Source: Elusimicrobiota bacterium
GTDB lineage: Bacteria > Elusimicrobiota > Elusimicrobia > UBA1565 > UBA9628
Length of the DNA stretch: 64,000 nt
Direction of reading: 5' to 3'
Assembly (NCBI GenBank): GCA_016194705.1
Contig: JACQAZ010000038.1
Coordinates: 202,599 to 266,598 of the forward strand
Shown: piece after piece, positions 8,574 to 17,785 of the stretch
How the letters are laid out: every line of letters starts with the position of its first letter
Position numbering within the stretch: the first letter of the stretch is position 1
The notes under the pieces: generated by a model
Database searches by the model: none
What the model was told of the DNA's origin: nothing
Seen by the model: the letters and a program-made list of their open reading frames with translations, nothing else
Translations under genes and position numbers: made by a program

Positions 8574-10679
8574 TTGATGCGATATTTCATCTATTCGGAC
8601 GGCAATGTCTCAGGTCCCTTCGACCCTCGCGAGCTCGAGGAGTCGGGAGGATTGCCCGCCGACGCGTTGGTCTGCGCGGAGTCGCTCTCGGGCCGGCGCG
8701 ACAGCGACTGGCTGCCGGCCTGCGAGGTCGCCGGCCTCTCGGCCTTGCGCCCGAGCTCGGCCACCGCCGTGCTCGACGAGCCGCTGCTCCCGGGCGAGAC
8801 GGGCGCCTTCGAACGCCTCGAGCTCGAGACCTTCGGCGGCCCCGCCGCCGGCGATGGGGAGAACTGGCTGCTCGACCTCTTCGACGACGCGCAGTTCCGC
8901 CAGCGCTGGGGCGAGCTTCTGCCCAAACCGTCGGAGGACGCCGAAGAGGTGTCGCAAGCCCGCATCTCGGAGCTTACCGGACAGCTCGAGGCATTGAAGT
9001 CCAGGCTCTCCGAGTTGGAGAAACTCAAGGTCGTAAGCGCCGCCGCGCCGCCGCCGGTCTTTGAGCCCCCGCCCCCGCAGCCGCAGTCTTTATTGTCCGC
9101 TCCTCCACCGGCGCCGATCCCGGCTCCGGCGGCCGAGCCGCTTGCGCCGCCGCCGCTTCCCGCGCCGCCCGCGCCGCTCGAGAAAGAGCTGCCCCCGATC
9201 AAGCTCGGCGCAGCCAAGCCCGCGCTCACGCCTCTACCATTGGGCCCGCAGACAGACTTTCAGAAGCAGGGCGCGAAGTTCGAGTTCCGAGGCAAGCCCG
9301 CGGCTCAGCCGCCGGGCGCCTCGCGCCCGATCCATTTCGCCCCTTCGCAATCCTTCCGGGTCGTCGAGAAGGAGCCGCATCCCGCCGAGCTGCCTCCGGC
9401 GGCGGCGCCCACTGCCGCGGCGGCGGCCTACGAGTGGGGCTCGCCGCCTCCGGCCGCGGGGCTGCCGGGACTGCCCGCCGCAGGCACGGCGCCGGGGCTT
9501 CCCGATGTCCCGCTCGAGCCCTCGCAGCCGTCCATTCCGGCGGCCGGCGGACTTCCGCTCGCGCCCGCCCCGCTGACCTCGGTCCCCCCGCCGGTGACGT
9601 TGACTCCTCCGCCGTTGGAGGCGCCGGCGCAGGCGCCCCCGATGACGACGCCGCCCGCGCAATACCGGCCGCCCCCGACGACCGCCTCGCCGGCCTCCAC
9701 CGCGCCGCCGATGACCATGATGTTCGGCTCCCCTTTTGCCGCGCCCCCGGCGTCGGCGCAGGCCTTCCCCCAGGCCATGCCCCCGCTCGAGCCTCCGCCG
9801 GTCCCGCAGATGAACGCCTTCGGGGTCTCCGTGCCGGGCGCGCTCACGCCCTCGCGGGCCAACGAGGGCGTGATCACTCCGGCGGACGAGGGCGGGCAAG
9901 ACGTGGTCGCCAGGCTGGCCAAGCCGGCGCCGGCTCCCGGGACCGACAAGAAGCCCAAGCCGCGCCGGTCGCTGGCGATCCCGGTCATGAGCGTGCTCGT
10001 CATCCTGCTCAGCGTCTTGGCGGTCGTCTTCCTCTACAAGCGTCCGAAGGACCTCAAGACCATGGCCAGCATGGAGACCGGTCAGAAGCCGATGGGCAGG
10101 GCCGTCGAGGAGGAGTCCAAGACGCCTCTCTCCGCCAAGCCATCGGCACCCGCGCCCGAGCCGGTCCCGGCCAAGCCCGCGCCGTCCGCGCAGGGCCGCG
10201 ACGCGATTCCCGACGCGGGCGAGGCGGCGATCACCTTGGTAAAGAACACCCCGCTGGCCGGAGACCGCGGCTCGGTCGGGCAGTGGCTGTCCTATTCCTA
10301 CAACGCCGAAGGGGGCAACAAGGAGGACTGGAGCGCCGGCGCCGTCGAGGCCACGGCCTACGCCGTGGAGTACAAGGTCCAGCCCGGACCGAGCAGCAAG
10401 CTCAAAGACGCCATCTCCTACCTTTTCGAGGCCGACATCTCTCGCAAGACGGTCCAGGGAAAGAACCAGGCGGCCAAGCTGCTCCTGGCCGGGGGGGAGT
10501 CGGCGCCCAAGCCCAAGAAAGCCGCCAAGACGGGGTACCGCCGCCGCGCCCGCAAGGCCGCGGCACCCGCGGCTCCGCGGGACGTGCCGCTGGCGCCCTT
10601 GCCGGCCGATTCCGAACTCTTGCCGCCCTCCGAAGACGACTCATCTTTCAAGACCGACACGGTGCAGCCGGGGTTATAG
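8574..10679 (+). CDS. DUF4339(GYF-like)-domain, Pro/Ala-rich single-pass membrane protein
   Basis: N-terminus MRYFIYSDGNVSGPFDPRELEE matches the DUF4339 signature. It is followed by about 350 aa of PAPxxP low complexity, one TM helix (LAIPVMSVLVILLSVLAVVFLY) and a roughly 200-aa C-terminal domain. Confidence 0.6.
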   Translation: MMRYFIYSDGNVSGPFDPRELEESGGLPADALVCAESLSGRRDSDWLPACEVAGLSALRPSSATAVLDEPLLPGETGAFERLELETFGGPAAGDGENWLLDLFDDAQFRQRWGELLPKPSEDAEEVSQARISELTGQLEALKSRLSELEKLKVVSAAAPPPVFEPPPPQPQSLLSAPPPAPIPAPAAEPLAPPPLPAPPAPLEKELPPIKLGAAKPALTPLPLGPQTDFQKQGAKFEFRGKPAAQPPGASRPIHFAPSQSFRVVEKEPHPAELPPAAAPTAAAAAYEWGSPPPAAGLPGLPAAGTAPGLPDVPLEPSQPSIPAAGGLPLAPAPLTSVPPPVTLTPPPLEAPAQAPPMTTPPAQYRPPPTTASPASTAPPMTMMFGSPFAAPPASAQAFPQAMPPLEPPPVPQMNAFGVSVPGALTPSRANEGVITPADEGGQDVVARLAKPAPAPGTDKKPKPRRSLAIPVMSVLVILLSVLAVVFLYKRPKDLKTMASMETGQKPMGRAVEEESKTPLSAKPSAPAPEPVPAKPAPSAQGRDAIPDAGEAAITLVKNTPLAGDRGSVGQWLSYSYNAEGGNKEDWSAGAVEATAYAVEYKVQPGPSSKLKDAISYLFEADISRKTVQGKNQAAKLLLAGGESAPKPKKAAKTGYRRRARKAAAPAAPRDVPLAPLPADSELLPPSEDDSSFKTDTVQPGL

Positions 10680-10759
10680 CCCTGTTTGCGGCCCAGCGGG
10701 GAAAATCCTAGGCCGGCATTGACAAACGGGGGTTTGGAGGGTACCCTTCTAATTAAGGA

Positions 10760-12538
10760 ATGGCAAACGCAGAGCAGCACGTCATCTCGATAGGCCTGCC
10801 CCGCCGACTGGCCGATCTCTTGGTGACGGAGAAATTGATCACTCAAAAACAGCTCGAAGAGGCTCTCGAGGCCCAGCGCCAAGGCACGGAAAAGCTGGGC
10901 ACGCTCCTCATCGAGAAGGGGTTTTTGAAGGAGGACGCCCTGCTGGAGTTCCTGAGCCAGCAGTGCGGCATCAGCTATGTCTCTTTGGCCAACATGCCCG
11001 AGATCCCCGAGGAGGCCATTGCGGCCGTTCCCGAGGCCATCGCGCGGCAGCACACCTTGATCCCCTGCAACAAGAGCAAGGACCGCATCACCGTGGCCCT
11101 GGCCGACCCGCTCAACGTCCTGATCCTCGACGACCTCAAGATGATGACCGGCTGCGACGTCAAGGCGGTGCTGGCCTCCGAGACCGAGATCCTGGCCGCG
11201 CTCGAGAAGTACTACAAGTCGGCCAGCTCGCAGGAGGTCCTCGACGACATCGTCCGGCAGTCCAACATATCCGCCGAGGAGGCCGAGGGCATCGAGTCGA
11301 TCGAGGAAAAAGAGGATGACGCGGATGTCTCGCTGCTCGAGAGATCCGCCGAGGACGCTCCGGTCATCAAGATGGTCAACCTCATGATGGCCAGCGCGGT
11401 CAAGGCGCGCGCATCCGACATCCACATCGAAGCCTTTCCGAAGGAGATCCGCGTGCGCTACCGGATCGACGGCGTGCTCCATGAGCAGCCGGCGCCGCCC
11501 AAGAAGTTCCACGCCGCGATCTGCACGCGCGTCAAGATCATGTCGAACCTCAATATCGCCGAGAGGCGCATCCCGCAGGACGGGCGGCTCAAGCTCAAGA
11601 TCGAGGGCAAGGAGATCGACATGCGCGTCTCGGTGCTTCCCTGCGCCCCGGGCGAGAAGATCGTCATGCGCATACTCGACTCATCGGGCTTGAAGGTCCA
11701 GATGAGTCAGCTTGGTTTTGAGCCCGAGGCCCTGGCCGTCTTCAAGAAGTGCATGGAGGCTCCCTACGGGATCAATCTCGTGACCGGACCCACGGGCTCG
11801 GGGAAGTCGACCACTTTGTATTCGGCCCTGGCCAACCTCAACACGCCCGACACCAACATCATCACCGCCGAGGACCCCGTCGAGTACCAGCTGCACGGCA
11901 TCAACCAGGTCCAGGTCCACGCCCAGGTCGGACTGACCTTCGCGGCCGCCCTGCGCTCCTTCCTGCGTCAGGACCCCGACGTCATCATGGTCGGCGAGAT
12001 TCGCGATCTCGAGACCGCCTCGATCGCGATCAACGCGGCCCTGACCGGCCACCTGGTCTTCTCGACCTTGCACACCAATGACGCTCCCGGCTCGATCACG
12101 CGCCTCGGGATGATGGGCGTCGAGCCCTTCCTGGTGAGCGCCTCCGTGCTCATGATCGAGGCCCAGCGCCTCGTGCGCGGCATCTGCCCGAAATGCAAGG
12201 AAGCCTACGAGGTCGACCTCGGGTGGCTCGTCAAGCTCGGCGTGCCAGAGCAGCAGCTCCAGGCCCAAAAGGGCAAGGTCCTCCTGCATCGCGGCAAGGG
12301 CTGCGAGAACTGCGCCAAGACCGGCTACCGCGGCCGGCAGGGCCTTTACGAGGTCCTGGAGGTCACCGACGCGATGCGCGAGCTGATCCTCAACAAGGCT
12401 CCATCGAAGGAACTCAAGTTCCTGGCCATCAAGCAGGGCATGCTCACTTTGCGCGCCTGCGCGATTCGCAAGCTTTTGTCGGGCGCGACGACGGTCGAGG
12501 AGATGATCCGGGTCACCGCATCCGACGTAGACACTTAA
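10760..12538 (+). CDS. pilB: type IV pilus assembly ATPase PilB (GspE family)
   Basis: N-terminal GspII_E domain, Walker A GPTGSGKSTTLY, a tetracysteine CPKC...CENC motif, and RGRQGLYEVL. Confidence 0.9.
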   Translation: MANAEQHVISIGLPRRLADLLVTEKLITQKQLEEALEAQRQGTEKLGTLLIEKGFLKEDALLEFLSQQCGISYVSLANMPEIPEEAIAAVPEAIARQHTLIPCNKSKDRITVALADPLNVLILDDLKMMTGCDVKAVLASETEILAALEKYYKSASSQEVLDDIVRQSNISAEEAEGIESIEEKEDDADVSLLERSAEDAPVIKMVNLMMASAVKARASDIHIEAFPKEIRVRYRIDGVLHEQPAPPKKFHAAICTRVKIMSNLNIAERRIPQDGRLKLKIEGKEIDMRVSVLPCAPGEKIVMRILDSSGLKVQMSQLGFEPEALAVFKKCMEAPYGINLVTGPTGSGKSTTLYSALANLNTPDTNIITAEDPVEYQLHGINQVQVHAQVGLTFAAALRSFLRQDPDVIMVGEIRDLETASIAINAALTGHLVFSTLHTNDAPGSITRLGMMGVEPFLVSASVLMIEAQRLVRGICPKCKEAYEVDLGWLVKLGVPEQQLQAQKGKVLLHRGKGCENCAKTGYRGRQGLYEVLEVTDAMRELILNKAPSKELKFLAIKQGMLTLRACAIRKLLSGATTVEEMIRVTASDVDT

Positions 12539-12557
12539 GCCGCAAAAGGAAACATGA

Positions 12558-13634
12558 ATGATATCGATGAGCGAGTTGTTCCTTCTGATGCACGAGCGGG
12601 GAGCATCGGACCTACACCTGACCGTCGGCGCCGCGCCGACGCTCAGGATCGACGGCCAGCTCGTGCCGACTCCCTTTGAGAAGCTGACCCACGAGACATC
12701 CCAAAGCCTGATCTTCTCGCTGTTGACCGAGCAGCAGCGCCAAAAATACGAGGCCACCAACGAGCTCGACCTGGCCTTCGGGTTGAAAGGCATCGGCCGC
12801 CTGCGCATGAACATCTACCGCCAGCGCGGGGCGGTGGGGGCGGCGGTGCGCTCGATCCCGGCCTCGTTCAAGACCTTCGAGGAGATCGGACTTCCGCAGG
12901 TCGTCTACGAGATCATGAAGGTCCCCAAGGGCCTCGTGCTCGTGACCGGCCCGACGGGCTCGGGCAAGTCGACGACCTTGGCCAGCATGATCGACTACAT
13001 CAACGAGCACCGCTCCGCGCACGTCGTGACGGTCGAGGACCCCATCGAGTACGTGCACACGCACAAGAAGTCCCTCATCAACCAGCGGGAGGTGGGGCAA
13101 GACACGGACACCTTCGCCGCCGCGCTGAAATACGTCCTGCGCCAGGACCCCAACGTCATACTCATCGGCGAGCTGCGCGACCTGGAGACCATCTCGGCGG
13201 CGCTGACCATCGCGGAAACAGGCCACCTCGTGTTCGCAACCTTGCACACGACCGACTGCGCGCAGACCATCAACCGCATCATCGACGTCTTCCCGCAGCA
13301 CCAGATCGAGCAGGTGCGCGTGCAGCTCTCGTTCGTGCTGCAGGCCATCCTCTGCCAGCAGCTGCTGCCCCACGCCTCGGGGACCGGCCGCGTGCTGGCC
13401 TGCGAGATCTTGATGGTGACGGCCGCCATCCGCAATCTCGTGCGCGAGCAGAAAGTCGAGCAGGTCCAGCTCGCCATCCAGACCGGCGGGAAGTTCGGCA
13501 TGCAGACCATGAACCAGGGCCTGGCCGACCTCTATCGCCAGCAGCGGGCGACGTTCCAGGAAGTGATGGCCCGCTCGCTCGATCCTGAGGATTTGAGGAG
13601 GCTTTTACAGAAGGGACAGCCGCCGCCGCACTGA
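12558..13634 (+). CDS. pilT: twitching motility ATPase PilT
   Basis: MSELFLLMHERGASDLHL, Walker A GPTGSGKSTTLA, AHVVTVEDPIEY and GHLVFATLHT. 358 aa. Confidence 0.9.
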   Translation: MISMSELFLLMHERGASDLHLTVGAAPTLRIDGQLVPTPFEKLTHETSQSLIFSLLTEQQRQKYEATNELDLAFGLKGIGRLRMNIYRQRGAVGAAVRSIPASFKTFEEIGLPQVVYEIMKVPKGLVLVTGPTGSGKSTTLASMIDYINEHRSAHVVTVEDPIEYVHTHKKSLINQREVGQDTDTFAAALKYVLRQDPNVILIGELRDLETISAALTIAETGHLVFATLHTTDCAQTINRIIDVFPQHQIEQVRVQLSFVLQAILCQQLLPHASGTGRVLACEILMVTAAIRNLVREQKVEQVQLAIQTGGKFGMQTMNQGLADLYRQQRATFQEVMARSLDPEDLRRLLQKGQPPPH

Positions 13635-13676
13635 GTTGGTACAATGGTTTAAGAAGCGCCGAGTGGAGAGACTATA

Positions 13677-14912
13677 ATGCCTGCATTCGCCTATAAGGCC
13701 AAGGGAGTCGACGGGGCCGTGCTCGAGGGAGCCATCGAGGCCGAGGACCAGCGCGCCGCGGTCGACCGCCTGCGCAACCAAAAGCTCGTCATCCTCGAGA
13801 TCGGCGAGAAGCAGTCAAGCCCGCTCGACGCGATCACCAAGATGTTCAAGTCCAAGGGCAAGGTCACCTCCAAGGACCTCGTGCTCTTCTCGCGCCAGCT
13901 CTCGACCTTGGTCTCGGCGGGCGTGCCCATCGTCCAGGGCCTGGGGATATTGGAGTCCCAGGCTGAAAACCCGGCTTTTAAAGAAGTGCTCGGGGCCGTG
14001 CGCGCCGACATCGAAAGCGGCCTCTCGATCTCGGACGCCTTGAAGAAGCACCCCGACGCCTTCCCCGACCTCTACTGCTCCATGATCAAAGCGGGCGAGC
14101 TCGGCGGCATATTGGACACGATCTTGGAGCGCCTGACCTCCTATCTTGAAAACTCCGAGGCCTTAAAGGCTAAGGTCAAATCCGCGATGATGTACCCGGC
14201 CATCGTCTTGAGCATCTGCGCGGCCGTGACGGTCTTCCTGATGGTCTTCGTCATCCCGACCTTCAAGGCGATCTTCGAGAGTTTCGGCGCGCAGCTGCCC
14301 GGGCTGACGCAGGCGCTCATCGACGTCTCGGACTTCATGAAGCATTTCTTCCCCATCATCATCGCGATGCCCTTCGTCGGCTTCAAGGGCTTCACCTGGG
14401 GCTACAAGAACAGGCCGGGATTCACGAAATTCATCGACGCCCAGGTGCTCAAGGCGCCCATCTTCGGGATCATCCTTAAGAAGGTGGCCGTGGCCAAGTT
14501 CACGCGCACCTTGGGCACCCTGATCAAATCGGGCGTGCCGATCCTGCAGGCCCTGGAGACCGTCTCTCAGACCGCGGGCAACGTGGTCGTCTCGGAGGCG
14601 ATCTTGTCCACGCGCGAGTCGATCCGCGAGGGCGGCCACCTCTCCGACCCCCTCAAGAAGTCGGGAATCTTCCCGAACATGGTGACCTCGATGATCTCGG
14701 TCGGCGAAGAGACCGGCTCCTTGGACATCATGCTGCAGAAGATCGCCGACTTCTACGACATGGAGGTCGACGCCGCGGTCAAGGGCTTGACCTCCTTGAT
14801 CGAGCCGCTGGTCATCGTCGTCATGGGTCTGGTCATCGGCACCATCGTGATCGCGATGTTCATGCCGATGTTCGGCCTCGGCGAGCTGGCCAGCAACATG
14901 GAAGGCAAGTAG
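13677..14912 (+). CDS. pilC: type IV pilus platform protein PilC (GspF family)
   Basis: Two GspF repeats, each with three TM helices. The N-terminus MPAFAYKAKGVDG...LRNQKL is typical of PilC. 411 aa. Confidence 0.9.
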   Translation: MPAFAYKAKGVDGAVLEGAIEAEDQRAAVDRLRNQKLVILEIGEKQSSPLDAITKMFKSKGKVTSKDLVLFSRQLSTLVSAGVPIVQGLGILESQAENPAFKEVLGAVRADIESGLSISDALKKHPDAFPDLYCSMIKAGELGGILDTILERLTSYLENSEALKAKVKSAMMYPAIVLSICAAVTVFLMVFVIPTFKAIFESFGAQLPGLTQALIDVSDFMKHFFPIIIAMPFVGFKGFTWGYKNRPGFTKFIDAQVLKAPIFGIILKKVAVAKFTRTLGTLIKSGVPILQALETVSQTAGNVVVSEAILSTRESIREGGHLSDPLKKSGIFPNMVTSMISVGEETGSLDIMLQKIADFYDMEVDAAVKGLTSLIEPLVIVVMGLVIGTIVIAMFMPMFGLGELASNMEGK

Positions 14913-15047
14913 GCCCAAGCGCGGCGCCGACTTTCAACGCTCGTTGCGTGATATGCCGCCCGGCAAACCCAGTTGTTGACACAGCGACATTCATGAGTAA
15001 GCGGCTGATCGCCGGCGTTGTTTTCAAGCTGGGGGGCCTGGCAGGTT

Positions 15048-15068
15048 TGTACAATATACTGTACAATA
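15048..15068. promoter_or_regulatory. tandem TGTACAATA repeats (palindromic TGTACA cores 12 bp apart), probable Phd/YefM operator
   Basis: The sequence ttGTACAATAtacTGTACAATAgg lies 20 bp upstream of the antitoxin start. TGTACA palindromes spaced one helical turn apart are the known YefM/Axe-family operator core. Confidence 0.5.
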
Positions 15069-15087
15069 GGGGTGGAGGACCCAAACC

Positions 15088-15336
15088 ATGACCAAGATCG
15101 CCGCAGTCTCATACGTGCGGGCGCACCTGCCCGAAATGGTCGCCAACATCGGAAAGAAAAAACGCGACCGCGTCATCATCACCACGAACGGGACTGTTTC
15201 AGCGGTTCTCGTGTCTCCGGAAGAACTCGAAACGCTGGAAGTCCTTGCGGACAAGAAACTCATGCTGTCCCTTCTGAAAGCGGAAGAAGACGAGCGCGCT
15301 CAGCGCCTCGTGGAGCACGAAGAAATCTTCAGATGA
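15088..15336 (+). CDS. Phd/YefM-family type II antitoxin
   Basis: 82 aa: MTKIAAVSYVRAHLPEMVANIGKKKRDRVIITTNGTVSAVLVSPEELETLE, a classic Phd/YefM fold sequence. Its stop overlaps the toxin start (ATGA). Confidence 0.8.
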   Translation: MTKIAAVSYVRAHLPEMVANIGKKKRDRVIITTNGTVSAVLVSPEELETLEVLADKKLMLSLLKAEEDERAQRLVEHEEIFR

Positions 15337-15593
15337 CGTACCGCGTCCTCTATACGGAGGCGGCGGCGAAGATCATCCGCAAGCTCGATGGGGCCGTCAA
15401 AGAGCGGATTCGCAAGGCGATCGTCCGAATTTCCGAGCATCCCGAGCTGGGAAAACACCTCACCGGACTCCTGAAGGATCGGTGGTCATACCGAGTTGGG
15501 GGCTGGCGGATCCTCTACAAGATCCGAAACGCCGAGCTCATTATCTTGATCTTGACCATTGGGCGCCGTAGCGAGATCTACGGCCCGGATTAG
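15333..15593 (+). CDS. RelE/ParE-family type II toxin
   Basis: 86 aa: MTYRVLYTEAAAKIIRKLDGAVKERIRKAI...WRILYKIRNAELIILILTIGRRSEIYG. Internal start within ORF 15018..15593. Confidence 0.8.
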   Translation: MTYRVLYTEAAAKIIRKLDGAVKERIRKAIVRISEHPELGKHLTGLLKDRWSYRVGGWRILYKIRNAELIILILTIGRRSEIYGPD

Positions 15594-16333
15594 TCCCGCG
15601 CGCGCCGGAGTACGAACACGCCGTCGCGGACGCCGGGGCCCTGCCTCGGGTGGATGAGCGCCGCGACGAGCCTCAGCGGCGAGCGCCAGACCAGCCACTC
15701 CCATTGAGCCAAGTCGTAGCTGCGCAGGTCATAGCGGCTGTGCAGCAGGCACTCCTTCTTCTCGCCCTTCAGCGTCAGAAAATGGATGATCCTCTCGCGT
15801 CTGGTCCGCCGCTCCGGAGCGAGCGACATCATGACGTGCTCGATCCGGCGCGCTCCCGCGCGCACGGTCCAGGTCTCCTCGTCGTCCTCGGGGTGCTCGT
15901 AGTCGGCCAAGTCCAGCTGGACGATGTAGATGCCGCCCTTTCTCAATGAGCGCGCCGTCAGCGTCAGGTGGCGCAGGGCGTCTTGGTCATGGAGCAAATG
16001 ACGGAAGGTCCCGAGCAGGTTGAAAGCGAGATCGAACGAAGACGGCTCGCAGAAATCCGTCATGCCCTTGCGGATCAGCCGCGCGCGGCGGTTCTTCTTG
16101 CGCGCGAAACTCAGCGCCTTGGGGTTGATGTCGTAGCCGGTGACACGGAAGCCTTTCTTTCGAAAAAAAGCAAGGAGCCGTCCAGTGCCGCAGGCGGGCT
16201 CGAGGATATCCTTCCCGCCGTTGCCGTGCAGGCGGAAGAGATCGAGGACCAAAGCCGCCTCGTCTTTCGTTCCGCCTGCGTGCAGGAGGTCGTACCAGGC
16301 GGGCTCGTCGTAGAGCGCGGTCTCGAGGCTCAC
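15590..16333 (-). CDS. class I SAM-dependent methyltransferase
   Basis: ILEPACGTGRL motif I, VTGYDINPKAL and FDLAFNLLGTF. The GTG start overlaps the uvrC stop (GTGA). Confidence 0.7.
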   Translation of the reverse strand: MSLETALYDEPAWYDLLHAGGTKDEAALVLDLFRLHGNGGKDILEPACGTGRLLAFFRKKGFRVTGYDINPKALSFARKKNRRARLIRKGMTDFCEPSSFDLAFNLLGTFRHLLHDQDALRHLTLTARSLRKGGIYIVQLDLADYEHPEDDEETWTVRAGARRIEHVMMSLAPERRTRRERIIHFLTLKGEKKECLLHSRYDLRSYDLAQWEWLVWRSPLRLVAALIHPRQGPGVRDGVFVLRRARD

Positions 16334-17652
16334 CCGAGCAGCGCCTTTTTTCTCAAGAGACGGTGGTAAGTGATGCCGAAGCGGTGGGCCTCGTCGCGCA
16401 GGCGCTGCAGAAGCCTCAAGGCGGGCCGGCCGCGCTCCATGATGATCGACTCCGACTTGCCCGGAAGAAAGACTTCCTCGACGCGCTTGGCCAAAGACGC
16501 CAACGGGACCTTGACCTTGATCTCTTGGAGCGCGCTAAGCGCCGCCGAGAGCTGGCCCTTGCCGCCGTCGACGAGCACAAGGTCGGGCAAGCCGCCTTCA
16601 GTCTTGAGTCTCTGATATCTTCGCCGCACGACCTCGGCCATCGACTTGAAGTCGTCGATGCCCGCGACCTCTTTGATCCGAAACTTGCGGTAGTGGTCCT
16701 TGAACGGCTCGCCGCCCTTGAAGCAGACCATCGAGGCGACTGTCTGCCGTCCCTGGAAGTGGGAGATGTCGAAGCATTCGACATGGAAGGGAGGGGAGGC
16801 GAGCCCGAGCGCGCGTTGAAGGTCGCTGACCGCTTCCGAGGACGCGATCTGGCCCGAGACGTCTTCTTCTCTGACGGACTGGACCCTCACGCGTTCGCCC
16901 ATCTGCTCCAAGGCGCGAATGTTGTCCCGGAGTTGTGCCGCCTTCTCGTATTCGAGCTTTCCCGAAGCCATTTTCATCTCAGTCTCGAAGCGCTGCTTGA
17001 GCTTCCCGTACTCTCCCTTGAAGAAAAGCACGGCGCGCTCGGCGATCGCGCGATAGCCCTCGGGAGAAATCTTTCCCGCGCAAGGCGCGGGGCATTCGCC
17101 CGTGTGGTAATACAGGCAGGAGGTGATCTTGCGTTTGTCGAGCGGTTTGGTGGTCGAGAAGTCCCAGCGGCAGGGGCGCAGCGGGAAGAATTTCTGGCGC
17201 CAGAGATAGCCGAGCAGGCTCTTGATCGGGCTCGACTGCGGATACGGCCCGAAGTAGGCGCCGCCGTCCCGGATCTTCTTGCGCGTCATCAGCACGCGCG
17301 GGAAGTCCTCGCCGAGCGTCACCTTGATGAAAGGATAGGACTTGTCGTCCTTCCACATAGAATTGAAGAAGGGCTGATGCCGACGGATCAGCCTGCGCTC
17401 GAGTATCAAGGCTTCCCGTTCGGATGAGCACGAAATGTAATCGATCTTGCGGATCAACGGCGCCAGGACCGAGTTCTTGAGATCCTCCTTATTTGGATTG
17501 AAGTACTGCGCGACGCGCTTGGCCAGATCGATGGCCTTGCCGATGTAGAGGATGTTCGCCGCGGCGTCGCGCATGATGTAGACGCCGCAGGCATGCGGCA
17601 GATGGGAGCGGTCGAGCGGTTCGCTCATGGCCTGAGTATGGGTCCCGCGCAT
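16330..17652 (-). CDS. uvrC: excinuclease ABC subunit C lacking the C-terminal (HhH)2 domain
   Basis: GIY-YIG (GVYIMRDAAANILYIGKAIDLAKR), a Cys cluster (TGECPAPCAGK), a UVR domain (EMKMASGKLEYEKAAQLRDNIRAL), an RNaseH-like endonuclease domain, and RDEAHRFGITYHR at the very C-terminus. Only 440 aa. Confidence 0.8.
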   Translation of the reverse strand: MRGTHTQAMSEPLDRSHLPHACGVYIMRDAAANILYIGKAIDLAKRVAQYFNPNKEDLKNSVLAPLIRKIDYISCSSEREALILERRLIRRHQPFFNSMWKDDKSYPFIKVTLGEDFPRVLMTRKKIRDGGAYFGPYPQSSPIKSLLGYLWRQKFFPLRPCRWDFSTTKPLDKRKITSCLYYHTGECPAPCAGKISPEGYRAIAERAVLFFKGEYGKLKQRFETEMKMASGKLEYEKAAQLRDNIRALEQMGERVRVQSVREEDVSGQIASSEAVSDLQRALGLASPPFHVECFDISHFQGRQTVASMVCFKGGEPFKDHYRKFRIKEVAGIDDFKSMAEVVRRRYQRLKTEGGLPDLVLVDGGKGQLSAALSALQEIKVKVPLASLAKRVEEVFLPGKSESIIMERGRPALRLLQRLRDEAHRFGITYHRLLRKKALLG

Positions 17653-17785
17653 CGCGTTGGGAAGTCCCGGGCTGTCGTTGCCGTCGGCGAATCACGGAGT
17701 CTCCGTCGAAGGTTTTGGGACGACCAAGACGTTCCGCGCTCTTGTCCCAGAACCGCTCGTCGAGAATCCAAGAAAGCGGCGGGTC

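Noticed and set aside
9434-10711. 425-aa plus-strand ORF and several other ORFs (8591..9229 -, 9234..9899 -, 9428..10003 -) inside the DUF4339 gene
   Set aside because: Alternative frames of a Pro/Ala-rich gene. Their translations are Arg/Gly homopolymer-like and show no domain signatures.
10418-12814. Long minus-strand ORFs 10418..11512 and 11681..12814 antisense to pilB
   Set aside because: Antisense to a gene with unambiguous GspE motifs. Composition artefact.
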